This document shows, piece after piece, positions 1 through 7,435 of a stretch of DNA of 32,000 nucleotides. This stretch comes from Haloferax volcanii DS2 (GTDB lineage: Archaea > Halobacteriota > Halobacteria > Halobacteriales > Haloferacaceae), in the NCBI RefSeq assembly GCF_000025685.1, contig NC_013967.1, positions 1,170,001 to 1,202,000 on the forward strand, written 5' to 3'. The notes beneath the pieces were generated by a model. It was not told the origin of the DNA. It saw only the letters and a list, made by a program, of their open reading frames with translations, and did no database searches. The stretch's first letter is position 1. Each line of letters begins with the position of its first letter. The position numbers were made by a program, and so were the translations under genes.

Positions 1-76
1 CACCCTCCGGGCCGGGGTTCGGAACCGTCAGGTGGTGCTGGGCGATGAGGTCCCTGCGAACCGAGACGCGGTACAT
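1..76 (-). CDS. 6-pyruvoyl-tetrahydropterin synthase / QueD-family protein, N-terminal fragment (gene runs off the window start)
   Basis: The reverse complement of 1-76 reads ATG TAC CGC ... = MYRVSVRRDLIAQHHLTVPNPGPEG with high GC3. The start (CAT at 74-76) lies 6 nt after the stop of the upstream minus-strand gene. The 'xxAxHxL' pattern fits the first strand of the PTPS/QueD fold from memory. Only 25 aa are visible. Confidence 0.4.
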   Translation of the reverse strand, partial: MYRVSVRRDLIAQHHLTVPNPGPEG

Positions 77-82
77 GAACTG

Positions 83-1081
83 TCAACAGTTCCGGTACGT
101 AAAGAGGATTTGGACGGCCTCGTCGGGCGCGTCTTCGAGGAGTCGGTAGGCGCGAGCGGCGGACTCGACGCCGATTCGGTGGGTCACGAGCGGGTCCAGC
201 GGGAGGTCTTCGAGGTGGTCCCACGCCAGCGAAAAGCGGCGGTCGGCGTCCCAGCGGCCGCGAAGGTCGGGGTCGATGGTGCTGACCTGACTGCTCTCGA
301 CGCTGATGCGCGAGCGGTGGAACCGCCCGCCGAGGTCGAGGGTGGCTGGCTTGGTGCCGTACCACGACCCGACGACGACCCGGCCGTCGTACCGCGTCAC
401 CGACAGCGCGTCGTCGAGCGCGTCGGGGTCGCCCGAGAGTTCGAGCGTCAGGTCGGCCCCGTCGGCGGGGGCGTCAAGCGACTCGGGATGGACGGCCTCG
501 TCGGCGCCGAGGTCCTCGGCGATGGCCCGGCGCTCGGCCACGCAGTCGACCGCGGTCAGACTCCCGAGCGGGAACTGCGCGAGGAGCGCGGTCGTCACGA
601 GCCCGACGACGCCCTGTCCGAAGACGACGGCGTGCTCACCGATGAGCGGCCGACCGTCCATCACGAAGTTGAGCGCGGTCTCCATCGTCGGCAGGAGCGC
701 GGCGCGCTCGTCGGTCACGTCGTCGGGGACGGCGATGAGTTCCGAGGGGGACGCGAGAAAGCGGCTCTCGTGGGGGTTGAACGCGAAGACGCGGCTGCCG
801 AGCCGCGAGTCGGGCACGCCGTCACCGACGGCCTCGATTTCGCCGACGGCGGCGTAGCCGTAGCGGAGCGGAAACGAGAGGTCGCCCTCCAGCGCCGCGA
901 TTGACTCGTCGGCGGCGAGGTCGGTCGGGGCCTCGCCGCGGTAGACGAGTCGCTCGGTCCCGGAACTCACCGCGGAGGTCAGGGTGCGGACGCGGACCTC
1001 CTCGGGACCGGGCGCTGGCACGTCGCGGTCGCGGACCTCGACGCGTTCGGGGGCCACGAAGTAGACCGCGCGACCCTCCAT
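83..1081 (-). CDS. Medium-chain dehydrogenase/reductase (alcohol dehydrogenase-like) lacking the catalytic-zinc ligands
   Basis: 332-aa ORF with a GroES-like N-domain and a Rossmann GxGxxG (VVFGQGVVGLV). The usual GxCGxD and GHE zinc-ligand positions read AVSSGTE and YGYA. The start lies 3 nt after the stop of the upstream gene. Confidence 0.85.
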   Translation of the reverse strand: MEGRAVYFVAPERVEVRDRDVPAPGPEEVRVRTLTSAVSSGTERLVYRGEAPTDLAADESIAALEGDLSFPLRYGYAAVGEIEAVGDGVPDSRLGSRVFAFNPHESRFLASPSELIAVPDDVTDERAALLPTMETALNFVMDGRPLIGEHAVVFGQGVVGLVTTALLAQFPLGSLTAVDCVAERRAIAEDLGADEAVHPESLDAPADGADLTLELSGDPDALDDALSVTRYDGRVVVGSWYGTKPATLDLGGRFHRSRISVESSQVSTIDPDLRGRWDADRRFSLAWDHLEDLPLDPLVTHRIGVESAARAYRLLEDAPDEAVQILFTYRNC

Positions 1082-1084
1082 CGC

Positions 1085-1870
1085 TCAGTCGTCTGCGGTC
1101 TCGACGGCGGCGTCGGCGTACTCGACGGTCGTGCCGCGGTGGCGACAGTCTTCGAGCGCGTGTTTGGCCGCGAAGCCGGCCTCGTGAGCGTTCGACGCCG
1201 TGCCGACGCCGACTTTGAGTTCCACGTCCGCCTCGGCCTCGACGTGGTCGATTGCGTCGCGGTACTGGTCTTCTGTGAGGTCGGGCGTGACCGAAATGAT
1301 GTTGTCGCCGCCGACGAAGAACGACAGCGCGCCGTGTTCCTCGCGCAGGTGGCGCATGAGCGACGCGTAGCCCTGTTCGATGTGGATGAACGTGTCGAAC
1401 TCGTTGAGGCGGTCGGTGTACTTGCCCGTCGCGTCGTTCACGTCGAAGTGCGCGATTTGGAGATCGGTTCCCGTGCGGTCGGCGTCCGCGAGGGTCTCCC
1501 CGGAGAGCACTTCGCGGCGGTCGCCGTCCTGTGCGCTCCCGACGCGCTGGATGCGGTCGGTGGCGCGTTCGAGCGCGACTGCGGGCGACCGGTCGACGCC
1601 GATGCCGAGACTGAGCGTTACGGGATAGCGGTTCGCGATAGACTCCTGCAGCAGTTCGTGGTCGTCGCGGTCGAGACCGTTGGTGACCGCGACCATGTTG
1701 TCGAATCGGGTGAAAAACGCGTACCCGTCGCGAGAGCCGACGTACTGGGCCAAGTCGGCGAAGAGCCGCGACTGGAGCGTCTGGAGGTCCATCTCCCGCC
1801 GCGGGTCCGGAGTGACCGTCCACGGCCCGTAGTTGTCGATTTGGACGAGTGTCAGCTGCGTATTCGTCAC
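1085..1870 (-). CDS. arfA: GTP cyclohydrolase III (archaeal FAPy-forming enzyme of riboflavin/F420 biosynthesis)
   Basis: 261-aa ORF with a GTG start. The N-terminus MTNTQLTLVQIDNYGPWTVTPDPRRE... matches my memory of archaeal GTP cyclohydrolase III (MJ0145 family). Acidic protein in a high-GC3 frame. Confidence 0.8.
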   Translation of the reverse strand: MTNTQLTLVQIDNYGPWTVTPDPRREMDLQTLQSRLFADLAQYVGSRDGYAFFTRFDNMVAVTNGLDRDDHELLQESIANRYPVTLSLGIGVDRSPAVALERATDRIQRVGSAQDGDRREVLSGETLADADRTGTDLQIAHFDVNDATGKYTDRLNEFDTFIHIEQGYASLMRHLREEHGALSFFVGGDNIISVTPDLTEDQYRDAIDHVEAEADVELKVGVGTASNAHEAGFAAKHALEDCRHRGTTVEYADAAVETADD

Positions 1871-1940
1871 GGTAGACGAGTAGGGCGTCGCGCATATTGG
1901 TCTTTGGTTCTGTGACGGTTCCGCCGCAACCCCGAGTCGC

Positions 1941-2195
1941 TCAGCCGCCCGACTCCCGGAGCGTCCGGCTGGCGACCACGTCGAGGACCGCCCACGTCGC
2001 CAGCCACACGCCGACCGACAGGAGGGCGATGGTCGTCGTCGACAGAAGCGGGACGACGACGGAGATTGTGGCCACGATGGAGTACGTCAGAAACACCGCG
2101 ACCATCGTGGTCACGAGCCCGTAGACGCCGACGGCGCTGTTGCCGGTCGCCGGCCCGCGAAGCCACCCGACCAGCCGCTTCGAAGAGACATCCAT
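1941..2195 (-). CDS. Small hydrophobic membrane protein (2-3 predicted TM segments), unknown function
   Basis: The tracked ORF is 1941..2222. I prefer the internal ATG at 2195 (MDVSSKRLVGW...) because an AT-rich TATA-like element (about 2219-2230) sits roughly 30 nt upstream. Long hydrophobic stretches: VGVYGLVTTMVAVFLTYSIVATISVVVPLL and IALLSVGVWLATWAVL. Confidence 0.55.
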   Translation of the reverse strand: MDVSSKRLVGWLRGPATGNSAVGVYGLVTTMVAVFLTYSIVATISVVVPLLSTTTIALLSVGVWLATWAVLDVVASRTLRESGG

Positions 2196-2273
2196 GCGAC
2201 GACATATGCCACCAATGAACATAATAGTTCTCGCGGGCGAACGTTCAACAGCCCCGGCTCCCTACCGAGGACG

Positions 2274-3056
2274 ATGGACTACCGAGGTGTCGTGTTCGAC
2301 GTCGACGGAACCGTCGTCCGCGGTGACGAAGCGATTCCGAGCGCGCTCGACGGGCTCGCCGCCGTCGACGCCGCCGGACTCGACCGACTGTTCGTCTCGA
2401 ACAACCCGACGAAAGCGCCCGTCGCCTACGAGGCGCGGCTCCGCCGAGCCGGCATCGAGGCGACCGCCGACGAGGTCGTCACCTCCGGCACGACGACGAC
2501 GGCGTACCTCGCAGACCGGCATCCCGGCGCGCGGACGTTCGCCATCGGAGAGTCGGGCTTCCGCGACCAACTCCGCGACGCAGGCCTCGAACTCGTCGGT
2601 CCCGAGGACGACCCCGAGGTCGTCGTCGTCGCCATCGACCGCGAGTTCCACTACGACGACCTCCGCGACGCCAACCGCGCGCTCCGGGCCGGGGCCGCCT
2701 TCTACGGTACCGACCCGGACGTTATCATCCCGACCGCCGACGGCGACATCCCCGGGTCGGGCGCGATTATCAACGCCGTCGCGGGCGTCGCCGAGCGCGA
2801 CCCCGACGCGATTCTCGGCAAGCCCTCGAAGGTCGCCCAAGAGGACGTCCTCGACAGACTCGGCCTGCCTCCCGAAGAAGTCCTCATCGTCGGTGACCGC
2901 CTCGATACCGACGTCGCGTTCGGCCTCGACGCGGGCATGGGGACCGCGCTCGTCCGAACCGGCGTGACCGACGACGCGGCTCTCGCGGCCAGCGAGTACG
3001 AACCCGACCACGTCCTCGACGACCTCGGTGAGGTCGAGCGTCTCGTCTCGGAGTAG
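2274..3056 (+). CDS. HAD-superfamily subfamily IIA hydrolase (NagD-like sugar/nucleotide phosphatase)
   Basis: HAD motifs are seen directly: motif I FDVDGTV, motif II VSNN, motif IV GDRLDTD. 260 aa. Confidence 0.85.
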   Translation: MDYRGVVFDVDGTVVRGDEAIPSALDGLAAVDAAGLDRLFVSNNPTKAPVAYEARLRRAGIEATADEVVTSGTTTTAYLADRHPGARTFAIGESGFRDQLRDAGLELVGPEDDPEVVVVAIDREFHYDDLRDANRALRAGAAFYGTDPDVIIPTADGDIPGSGAIINAVAGVAERDPDAILGKPSKVAQEDVLDRLGLPPEEVLIVGDRLDTDVAFGLDAGMGTALVRTGVTDDAALAASEYEPDHVLDDLGEVERLVSE

Positions 3057-3152
3057 CACGGTTCGGCCGCGAGAGCGGTCGAACTGCGCCGTCCGCGCCG
3101 CGGGTCTTCCCTACACAATCGTTATCGTTCTGACGCGACAACTACCGAGCGG

Positions 3153-3758
3153 GTGATGCCCATGTCCGGAAAGAAGATTCTGCTCCTCGCCGGCGACTTC
3201 GTCGAGGACTACGAGATTATGGTACCGTTCCAGGCGCTCCAGATGGTGGGGCACGAGGTCCACGCGGTGTGTCCCGAAAAGGAGGACGGCGACCGGTGTA
3301 AGACCGCCGTCCACGACTTCCGCGGCGACCAGACGTATCTGGAGACCCGCGGCCACGACTTCGCGCTGAACGCGACGTTCGCGGACATCGACCCCGCGGA
3401 CTACGACGCGCTCGTCGTCCCCGGCGGCCGCGCGCCGGAGTATCTCCGCGGCTACGACGAGGTGCTCGACGCCGTCCGGCACTTCTTCGACGAGGGCAAG
3501 CCGGTCGCCGCAATCTGCCACGGCCCGCAGATTCTCGCCGCCGCGGGCGTCCTCGACGGCTACGAGATGACCGCCTACCCCGCCGTCCGCGCGGAAATCG
3601 AGCGCGCGGGCTGCTCGTGGGTCGACGAAGTGACCGTCGACGGCAACCTCGTTACCGGCCAAGCGTGGCCGGACCACCCCGAGTGGCTGGCGGCGTTCCT
3701 CGACGTGCTCGGCACCGAAATCAGCCACGAACCGGCCGCAGCGGCCGCGGACGACTGA
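3153..3758 (+). CDS. DJ-1/PfpI family protein (intracellular protease/deglycase type)
   Basis: Nucleophile elbow [10 protein letters not shown] (Cys-His) and the typical N-terminus [15 protein letters not shown]. The true start may be ATG 3156 or ATG 3162 rather than GTG 3153. Confidence 0.9.
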   Translation: MMPMSGKKILLLAGDFVEDYEIMVPFQALQMVGHEVHAVCPEKEDGDRCKTAVHDFRGDQTYLETRGHDFALNATFADIDPADYDALVVPGGRAPEYLRGYDEVLDAVRHFFDEGKPVAAICHGPQILAAAGVLDGYEMTAYPAVRAEIERAGCSWVDEVTVDGNLVTGQAWPDHPEWLAAFLDVLGTEISHEPAAAAADD

Positions 3759-3807
3759 TTCGTCGAGCCGCTCACACGATGTCTCGTGTGAGAATGTCTG
3801 ACAAAGA

Positions 3808-3816
3808 TTTTTATTA
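3808..3816 (+). promoter_or_regulatory. TATA-like box (TTTTTATTA) for the small ORF at 3837
   Basis: AT-rich nonamer in a GC-rich background, 21-29 nt upstream of ATG 3837. This is the spacing expected for haloarchaeal leaderless transcripts. Confidence 0.4.
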
Positions 3817-3836
3817 GGGGCGACGAAGGGAGAGGT

Positions 3837-3971
3837 ATGGAAGAGCCGAACAGCCCGTACTTCCGCGAACAGGTCGACGACGTCGTCGAATCGGACCCCC
3901 AAGACCGCGAGGTTATCATCGTGGAAGGCGAGGCGATGAGTCTTCGAAGCTATAAGAAGCGCCGCGACTGA
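3837..3971 (+). CDS. Small acidic protein, 44 aa (MEEPNSPYFREQVDDVVESDPQDREVIIVEGEAMSLRSYKKRRD), unknown function
   Basis: Not in the supplied track (below its length cutoff). I translated it by hand: ATG 3837, TGA 3969-3971. 34 of 44 codons end in G/C. The composition is acidic and a TATA-like box sits at the leaderless distance. Confidence 0.5.
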   Translation: MEEPNSPYFREQVDDVVESDPQDREVIIVEGEAMSLRSYKKRRD

Positions 3972-4082
3972 CCCGGCGGGGCGTCTCGGAACCCGAATCC
4001 GAGCCTGCGGCGACACTCGTCGCTGGCGGCGTCGGTTTCTGCGAAAAGAATGAGTACGTGTCGGCGCACCCGCGAGCGACGC

Positions 4083-4481
4083 TTAGAACGCGTCGCCGAC
4101 GACGGTCACGTCGGCCTGCAACTCGTCGCGGAGCGCGTCGTGGACGTGGCAGATGTCTTCGGCGAGTTCCGTGATTTCAGCGAACTCGTCGTCCGAGAGG
4201 TCGGACTCCACGTAGACGTCGAAGCTGATGCGTTCGAGGTCGTCGCTGTCGTCGAGGTCGGCGTCGGCGTCGATCTGGACCTTACCGAGGTCGTCGAAGC
4301 CCGTCTTCTGCCCGCCGACGCGGAAGGCGGGGAGGAAACAGGAGGCGTACGTCGCGACGAGCGCGGCGTTCGGGTTCGGACCCGTCTCGTCGGTGGCGTC
4401 GATTTGGAGGTCGAAGTCGCCGACCTGGCTCGTGCATGCGAAACCGTCCTCGCTGACAGTAGAGGTCTGGATGTCGGACAT
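4083..4481 (-). CDS. OsmC/Ohr family peroxiredoxin-like protein
   Basis: 132 aa with the two conserved Cys contexts of the OsmC fold (YASCFLPAF and EDICHVH). The size is typical of the family. Confidence 0.8.
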   Translation of the reverse strand: MSDIQTSTVSEDGFACTSQVGDFDLQIDATDETGPNPNAALVATYASCFLPAFRVGGQKTGFDDLGKVQIDADADLDDSDDLERISFDVYVESDLSDDEFAEITELAEDICHVHDALRDELQADVTVVGDAF

Positions 4482-4579
4482 TCACTCCGAAGGAAGAAGC
4501 GACCGACCCTAAAAGTTCCTCAATAGGACAACGGTGTGCACAAGCGCCGACCCCAAACGTCGCCGCCGACCGAGCGGGG

Positions 4580-5296
4580 TTATTCGAGCGTGAACGACTC
4601 GTCGCCGTCGAGCGCGTGGACCTCGGCCCGACTGCCGGCGGCCTTGACCTCGCGCTCGAAGTCGCGCACGTCGATTTCGATGGCCGGGAACGTGTTGTAG
4701 TGCATCGGGAAGGCGTGGTCGACGCCGAGCCAATCGGCGGCGACAGCGCCCTGCCACGGCCCCATCGTGAAGTGGTCACCCACCGGGAGCGCCGCCGCGT
4801 CGGGCTCGAAGTACGCGCCGAAAATCTCGCGCATGTCGGTCATGAGCCCCGTGTCGCCCGCGTGGTAGAACGTCGTCGACTCGGCGTCGGACTCCTGTGT
4901 CGGCACCGCGTCGCTAATCATGTAGCCGCCCGGCATCCCGGCCTCGTGCTCGTAACCGGTGTTGATGCCGTTCGTGTGGTCGGCGCGGACCATCGTGACG
5001 AACGCGTCGCCGAGTTCGACCGTCCCGCCGATGTTCATCCCGATGGTGTCGTCGACGCCCATCTCGGCTTCGACGTAGCCGGTGAGTTCGGGCGTGCCGA
5101 CGACCGTCGCGCCGTCGAACTCGCCTGCGTGGGCGATGTGGTCCGCGTGCCCGTGAGTGAGAAGCACGTAGTCCGGCGTCTCCACGTCGCTCGGGTCGAG
5201 AGACGTGGCGGGGTTGTCGAAAAACGGGTCGATGAGAAGCGAGGTGTCTCCGACCGTGACGTACCACGTCGAGTGACCGTGCCAGGTGAGTTCCAT
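4580..5296 (-). CDS. Metallo-beta-lactamase-fold metal-dependent hydrolase (UPF0173 type)
   Basis: HxHxDH motif ([11 protein letters not shown]), N-terminus [11 protein letters not shown] and 238 aa, typical of UPF0173 hydrolases. Confidence 0.85.
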   Translation of the reverse strand: MELTWHGHSTWYVTVGDTSLLIDPFFDNPATSLDPSDVETPDYVLLTHGHADHIAHAGEFDGATVVGTPELTGYVEAEMGVDDTIGMNIGGTVELGDAFVTMVRADHTNGINTGYEHEAGMPGGYMISDAVPTQESDAESTTFYHAGDTGLMTDMREIFGAYFEPDAAALPVGDHFTMGPWQGAVAADWLGVDHAFPMHYNTFPAIEIDVRDFEREVKAAGSRAEVHALDGDESFTLE

Positions 5297-5603
5297 AGCA
5301 CTCGGTTGTTACAGGCGAAATACACAAAAAGCTATTCGCAGGGGGTGGTGTGACCGCTTTTCGGCGGTGCCGCTCGTCGAGCTCTCTCGGCGTCGTTGGA
5401 CGGCACAGCCCCGGCGCTCTCGCGTCGAGTTTGACAGCAGAATCGGCCGCCCGAGTCCACTCGAACGAACTGTCCGGGACGGCCGATACACGTCCGTCAC
5501 CCCAGGGCCACAAAAGCGATGAGAATCGTGCAACACTGTCCCGCGTCACCGGGCGACTCGCACGATGTAAAAGCCTATCACGCCACCCGCCGACGCGTGG
5601 GGC

Positions 5604-6335
5604 ATGCATCACGTCCGATTCCGCGACCCCGCGGGCGCGGTTCGAACCGGCGAGTGGCACGGCGATTCGGTCTCCTTCGGCGGCGAGCGCTACGACCTCG
5701 ACGAGGTCGACGTGCTCCCCCCGTGCGAGCCGTCGAAAATCGTCTGCATCGGCCGCAACTACGCCAAGCACGCCGAGGAGCGCGACGAGGAGGTCCCCGA
5801 CCGTCCGCTTCTGTTCCTCAAGCCGCCGAACGCGGTCGCCGGCCACGGCGACACCGTGACGCTCCCCGCGGGCAAAGAGCAGGTCGAACACGAGGCCGAG
5901 CTCGCGGTGGTCATCGGGGAGCAGTGCCGGAACGTCGCGCCCGAGGACGCCGCAGAGGTCATCGCGGGCTACACCGTCATGAACGACGTGTCCAACCGCG
6001 ACGACCAGGACATCGAGACGAACTGGGTCCGCGGGAAGGCGTTCGACGGCTCGGCCCCGCTCGGGCCGGTTCTCGCCGACCCCGACCACCTCCCCGACGA
6101 CGCGAGCATCTCGCTTCGCGTGAACGGCGAGACGCGACAGGACTCAAGCATCGAACACCTCATCTTCTCGATTCCCGACCTCGTCGCCGAAATCACGACC
6201 TACATGACGCTCGAAGCCGGCGACGTCATCTCGACCGGAACGCCCGAGGGCGTCGGCCCGCTGGCAGACGGCGACACCGTCGAAGTCGAAGTCGAGGGCG
6301 TCGGTATCCTCGAACACCGAGTCCGACAGGCCTGA
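5604..6335 (+). CDS. Fumarylacetoacetate hydrolase (FAH) family protein (2-keto-4-pentenoate hydratase / oxaloacetate decarboxylase-like)
   Basis: 243 aa with FAH-domain signatures (KIVCIGRNYAKHAEE, EAELAVVIG, GKAFDGSAPLGP, GDVISTGTPEGVG). Confidence 0.9.
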   Translation: MHHVRFRDPAGAVRTGEWHGDSVSFGGERYDLDEVDVLPPCEPSKIVCIGRNYAKHAEERDEEVPDRPLLFLKPPNAVAGHGDTVTLPAGKEQVEHEAELAVVIGEQCRNVAPEDAAEVIAGYTVMNDVSNRDDQDIETNWVRGKAFDGSAPLGPVLADPDHLPDDASISLRVNGETRQDSSIEHLIFSIPDLVAEITTYMTLEAGDVISTGTPEGVGPLADGDTVEVEVEGVGILEHRVRQA

Positions 6336-6383
6336 ACCCGACCGACACCCCGTTTTTTCATCACCGAGTCGCAATCCGACCGT

Positions 6384-6776
6384 ATGCGAGTCCCTCGGTT
6401 GACACTCGTCGGCATTGCGATTCTCGCACTGAGCGCCGTCGCCGGCGTCGCCCTCCTTCCCGCGCTCCCATCCTCGGTCGCGATTCACTTCGGCGTCGGC
6501 GGCGACCCCGACTCCTTCGTCGCCGCCCCGCTGGGCGTGCTTCTCGTTCCGGCAATCGGCGTCGGCGCGCTTCTCATCACCCGTCTCGCGGACGCCTCGG
6601 GCATCGGAACCGGCGCGCCGCCCGTCTTCGACGCGATACTGGCGACGTTTCTCGCGTACGTGCAGGCGCTCGTCCTCGCGTACAACCTCGGCGCGCGGTT
6701 CAACATGGTCGTCGCGGTCGTTCCCGCCGTCGTCACGTTCGGCGTCGTCGCCGTCGTCCTCGACCGCGCGGGCTGA
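6384..6776 (+). CDS. Small integral membrane protein (DUF1648/SdpI-N-like), unknown function
   Basis: 130 aa with about four hydrophobic segments. The 'HFGxxGxPD' motif (AIHFGVGGDPD) after TM1 resembles DUF1648 from memory. Confidence 0.6.
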   Translation: MRVPRLTLVGIAILALSAVAGVALLPALPSSVAIHFGVGGDPDSFVAAPLGVLLVPAIGVGALLITRLADASGIGTGAPPVFDAILATFLAYVQALVLAYNLGARFNMVVAVVPAVVTFGVVAVVLDRAG

Positions 6777-6817
6777 GAAGGCAAGCCCTAAGATTAGGCT
6801 GGCCTAATTCCCGCCGA

Positions 6818-7435
6818 ATGCGACTGACGCGACGGGACGCGCTGGCCGTGCTCGCCGGTCTCGGCGTCACCGGCGGGGCCGTGTCGCTGACCCGGTTCGA
6901 CCCGCCGACCGCCGAGTCGACCGATGAGAGGGGCGATTCGTCCGGAGAGGACGGCGCGGACGGCGACGACGCCCCGCCGACCGCGGTGCGCGAGACGATG
7001 GTCGCCGCGGGCGAGGTGGTCTTCCCGAGCGCGGCCGAGGGCGTCTCGGAGTTCGTCGAGACCTACGTCGTCGGCCGCGCGAGAGACGACGCGCGCCGGG
7101 ATGCGATGGTCGACGCCGCGACCGAGTTAGACGACGTGGCCCGCGACTGGGAGGGCGCGGCCTTCGCCGACCTGCCGGCGGGCGACCGCGACCGCCTCCT
7201 GCGCGAACTCGGCGTCGACACCGCCGATCCGGTTCAGGATGGGACGCTCTCCGAGCGCCTCCGGTTTCACGTCGTGAACGAACTGTTGTACGCCTTCTAC
7301 GCCTCACCGACCGGCGGCCGTCTCGTCGGCATCGAAAACCCCATCGGCCACCCCGGCGGGACCGAAAGCTACCGGCGGGCGACGATGGACGCCCCCGGCG
7401 AACTGCCCGACTCGGGAGGTGAGCACGATGGATAG
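6818..7435 (+). CDS. Twin-arginine (Tat) signal small subunit of a GMC-type dehydrogenase (gluconate 2-dehydrogenase subunit 3 family)
   Basis: The real start is ATG 6818, inside the artefactual 5519..7435 ORF. MRLTRRDALAVLAGLGVTGGAVSL has an RR motif plus an h-region. The stop overlaps the start of the GMC gene. Confidence 0.75.
   Translation: MRLTRRDALAVLAGLGVTGGAVSLTRFDPPTAESTDERGDSSGEDGADGDDAPPTAVRETMVAAGEVVFPSAAEGVSEFVETYVVGRARDDARRDAMVDAATELDDVARDWEGAAFADLPAGDRDRLLRELGVDTADPVQDGTLSERLRFHVVNELLYAFYASPTGGRLVGIENPIGHPGGTESYRRATMDAPGELPDSGGEHDG
7415..7422 (+). promoter_or_regulatory. Shine-Dalgarno motif GGAGGTGA preceding the GMC oxidoreductase start
   Basis: Complementary to the haloarchaeal 16S rRNA 3' end and 5 nt upstream of ATG 7428. 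It favours ATG 7428 over GTG 7419 as the start. Confidence 0.55.

Noticed and set aside
3111-4016. 301-aa minus-strand ORF covering the PfpI locus
   Set aside because: It is antisense to a motif-verified DJ-1/PfpI gene and to the small ORF at 3837, and it has no domain signatures.
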